DNA of 64,000 nucleotides from an uncultured Candidatus Saccharibacteria bacterium (GTDB lineage Bacteria; Patescibacteriota; Saccharimonadia; CAILAD01; BJGX01): NCBI GenBank assembly GCA_964481235.1, contig CAYZYH010000003.1, positions 12,341 to 76,340 of the forward strand, read 5' to 3'. Shown piece by piece: positions 61,700 to 64,000 of this stretch (position 1 is its first letter; each line of letters starts with the position of its first letter). The notes under the pieces were generated by a model. It saw only the letters and a program-made list of their open reading frames with translations, ran no database searches and was not told where the DNA came from. The position numbers and the translations under genes were made by a program.

Positions 61700-62160
61700 G
61701 ACAGCTACAGCTGTGATAAATTTATCTTGGCTGCAGCTGCCTTAAATGTACAGCTTCAACTATTCAAGAACTTCTGTCACTACCTAAAAAATCGTGTAGG
61801 GCGCACGTACATAGGTTGTGACAGAACAGTCCTGAAAGCGTTGCGTGGTTTTGTGACCGCTTACCACCAACGCTTTCAGGCAATATCTCATAAAAGACAA
61901 TCATCTTCGGTGCTGCCAACACCAGCCGGCGGGCGTACTAAACGTGTAGTTGATTGTTAAATGAGAAGCAGCGGACAGATAGCTCAAAGTATGAATAGAG
62001 CAGCCGTCTTAGACGGAAGGTCAAGAGGTCGAATCTCCTGTCTGCACGAACCTCTTCTAGTTCAAAACCCTACCCAGGGTGGAGAAGAAGAGGCTACCCG
62101 CTTCGGGTTGGTTAGTGAAGCCCACTGGTCTTTAGCTAACCAACCTGTTGCGGGACCAAG
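61700..62160 (+). ncRNA. unclassified GC-rich structured RNA region (5' part of the murA-tig noncoding island)
   Basis: GC clearly above the local background; perfect 13-bp hairpin cctgaaagcgttg/caacgctttcagg (61831..61880) enclosing a second stem gtggt/accac; 9-bp stem ttctgtcac/gtgacagaa; repeated CAGCT(R)CAGCTG palindromes; only Arg-rich ORFs with odd composition. Confidence 0.4.
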
Positions 62161-62232
62161 GTCCCGTAGCTCAGTTGTAAGAGTACTCGATTGAAAGTCG
62201 AGGGGTCGCTGGATCGATACCAGCCGGGACCA
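62160..62232 (+). tRNA. atypical tRNA-like cloverleaf, anticodon GAA (Phe)
   Basis: Perfect 7-bp acceptor GGTCCCG/CGGGACC, 5-bp anticodon stem CTCGA/TCGAG with loop TTGAAAG, 5-bp T-stem GCTGG/CCAGC. The T-loop is ATCGATA (A at position 54) and no CCA is encoded. A canonical tRNA-Phe already exists at 23677..23752. Confidence 0.5.
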
Positions 62233-62263
62233 CAAAGAGTCTTGGGCTATTACCTAAACTCAT

Positions 62264-62457
62264 GGGGATGCTACAGCGGTTGATGAAGAAACCAACGGAC
62301 AATGTCCGCGGCCCAACTTCGATCGTGTCGGTTGTAGAGCTAGAGACATGGTTTGTCCCGTTAACAGCTGCAGCTGTTAAAAGGCCAGGGGATTCCGCGG
62401 ATCTCTCTGGAAGTACAAATCATTATCTGGTCGCAGGTTCGAATCCTGCCATCCTCC
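62264..62457 (+). ncRNA. 194-nt RNA with a tRNA-like domain (acceptor GGGGATG/CATCCTC plus T-arm GCAGG-TTCGAAT-CCTGC) ending at a terminator; family unresolved
   Basis: 5' and 3' ends pair as a 7-bp acceptor-like stem directly adjacent to a canonical T-arm; internal perfect 22-nt palindrome GTTAACAGCTGCAGCTGTTAAC and two CCGCGG sites; strong terminator 12 nt downstream. Confidence 0.45.
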
Positions 62458-62468
62458 TCGCCCTTCAG

Positions 62469-62500
62469 CCCCAATCTGTAAAATTACAGATTGGGGCTTT
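62469..62500 (+). terminator. rho-independent terminator (11-bp stem)
   Basis: ccccaatctgt-aaaatt-acagattgggg followed by CTTTTT. Confidence 0.8.
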
Positions 62501-62567
62501 TTCTATTGATACTAGGTGTGGTATTTTATTAAAGTTCAATATGCACAGAACCTACTAAAAGGTAAAG

Positions 62568-62780
62568 ATGAGAATAGTCGCATTTGTAGTAGCACGTAAG
62601 CCAGATCAAACGGTTGAGCAAACTATTAGGAGTGTTAGAAATTTATCAGATTTGTTTGCTAGTTTTGAAGAAGCCTATGATAAACTTATTGATCAACCAA
62701 TTTCGGGCACAAGTAGCGCAATTTATGAGGTTACTATCGAATTAATAGATCCTCATAAAGTTTACCCACCACCTAATTAA
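62568..62780 (+). CDS. hypothetical small protein (70 aa)
   Basis: ORF followed immediately by a terminator; no motif. Confidence 0.4.
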   Translation: MRIVAFVVARKPDQTVEQTIRSVRNLSDLFASFEEAYDKLIDQPISGTSSAIYEVTIELIDPHKVYPPPN

Positions 62781-62782
62781 TA

Positions 62783-62814
62783 ACCCTCAACTACTTAGAG
62801 TTGAGGGTTTTTTA
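62783..62814 (+). terminator. rho-independent terminator
   Basis: accctcaact-acttag-agttgagggt followed by TTTTTT. Confidence 0.75.
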
Positions 62815-62850
62815 TTGGCAAGTATCCTAATATTTGCTACAATATGCAAA

Positions 62851-64000
62851 CATGATTAAACACACTATTACTAACAATAAAAAAAGTGAACAAACAATTC
62901 TTATTAGCGTAGATGAGCAATTTATAAACCCTTATCGACAATCAGTGCTTAAACGTCTCAAAAAGAATTTAAAGGTAGATGGTTTTAGACCTGGCAATGT
63001 ACCAGACAAAATTGCCGAGCGCGAATTAGGCGAAGCCAAAGTACAAGCTGAAGTTCTTGAGGAAGTTATAATGCACGCCTATAGTAAGGTTGTGCGTGAA
63101 GCAAAGATAGAAACTGTTGCTAGCCCACAAATCAGTCTTAAGAAATTTGTGCCCTATAGTGAGCTGGAGTTTGAAGCCGTTGTTGCGATAATGCCCGATT
63201 TTAAACTAGACCTGAAAAAGCTAAAAGTAAAAAAGCCTGAAGTCAAGATAGATAAAAAGGAAATTGAAGAAACTTTACAGAATTTGGCTTTGCAATCTGC
63301 AAAGAAAGTTGATTCAACAAAAGCTATTAAGAAATCTGACGAAGTAAAATTTGACTTTGAAGGGGTCAGAGAAGGTAAGCCGGTCGAAGGCACTTCGGCA
63401 AAAAATCATATTATGATTATTGGTGAAGGAAGTTTTATACCCGGTTTTGAAGAGGAAATGATTGGCCTTAAGAAAGGCGACAAAAAAACCTTTACTATCA
63501 GGTTTCCTAAAGAATATCACGCCAAAGACTTAGCTGATAAAAAAGTAGAATTTAGTATAAATATTGTAGACGTAAAATCTGTAGAGAAACCTAAAGTGGA
63601 TGATGCTTGGGCAAAAACCGTTGGTCCTGTCAATAATCTAAGCGAACTAAAAACAGAAATTGAAAAAAGCCTAGTTCAAAACAAGCAAGCCGAGACCGAT
63701 AAACAGTTTGAAAATGAAGTACTTGAGTTAGCAATTAAACAAGCTAATATTGATGCCCCCCAGAGCTTAGTTAGTGAACAAGCCAATAGACTACGACAAG
63801 AAACAGAAGATAATTTGAAAAATAGTGGATTAGACCTAGAAAAATACCTACAACTACAGGGTCAAAAACCGCAAGACTTTGAATTACAACTCAAAAACGA
63901 AGCTGAGAAGCGGGTAAAGCTTGGTATTATTTTGCGGTCAGTAATAGGGAACGAAAATATACAGATTAGCGAACAAGAAATTGAGTCTGAATTAGCTCGT
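62851..64000 (+). CDS. tig: trigger factor (partial, continues beyond the window)
   Basis: MIKHTITNNKKSEQTILISVDEQF.. ribosome-binding N-domain, then FKBP-type PPIase region (GFRPGNVPDK, ..GKP..). Confidence 0.85.

Noticed and set aside
61960-62110. RNase P RNA or SRP RNA in the 5' part of the island
   Set aside because: Only loose resemblance (GAAGCAGC..GACAG) to the M1 RNA 5' end and to the SRP AGCAGC motif. The P4 GGAAAGUCCGG and ACAGARCCCGGCUUA motifs are absent on both strands, and there is no GNRA-tetraloop domain IV
62264-62457. Confident call of canonical tmRNA (ssrA)
   Set aside because: The acceptor stem has G2-U71 instead of the universal G3-U70; length is about half of a normal tmRNA; no plausible tag frame ending in hydrophobic/Ala residues; no CCA encoded. 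Kept only as a hypothesis in findings
61727-62558. ORFs 61727..61960, 61961..62194 and 62262..62558 as protein-coding genes
   Set aside because: They lie in the GC-rich structured island; the translations are Arg/Gly/Ser-rich with atypical composition; no RBS; they overlap tRNA-like elements. Best explained as chance ORFs in RNA genes

Overview
This window is an AT-rich, gene-dense stretch of bacterial chromosome with about 60 coding genes, mostly on the + strand. Many genes have overlapping start/stop codons (ATGA), the standard genetic code is in use (TGA is a stop), and intergenic regions carry rho-independent terminators. The content is housekeeping: a compact non-oxidative pentose-phosphate/GAPDH operon with a split transketolase, nucleotide-excision repair (uvrB, uvrA, uvrC), secG, an oligopeptide-type substrate-binding protein, ligA, gatCAB, dnaE, rplS, rnhB, yraN, nusA, clpC, radA, a PIN/TRAM protein, a class-A PBP, tyrS, recG, purF, rsmD, murA and the start of tig. 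Ten tRNA or tRNA-like elements are present, including four Leu isoacceptors, a Val-Gly-Phe cluster on the - strand, Cys, and a decayed 5' tRNA-Leu fragment. The reduced gene forms (split tkt, short uvrC, L19 with an acidic tail, unknown ORFs inserted in conserved operons) point to a reduced-genome lineage, possibly Patescibacteria/CPR-like; this is inference only. The most unusual feature is a roughly 850-nt GC-rich, ORF-poor, highly structured region between murA and tig (61620..62500). It contains an atypical second tRNA-Phe-like cloverleaf, a 194-nt element with a tRNA-like acceptor/T-arm domain that ends at a strong terminator, long perfect hairpins and palindromes. It matched no RNA family that I could confirm by eye. 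Other noteworthy points: two unknown ORFs translationally coupled between uvrB and uvrA; a membrane-anchored ORF inserted between gatA and gatB; a pol-beta nucleotidyltransferase inserted between clpC and radA; a family of small, mostly - strand, mutually similar hypothetical proteins scattered among + strand housekeeping genes; and a secreted protein with an Rpf-type transglycosylase-like domain. No CRISPR array, rRNA or obvious transposase/integrase was found.
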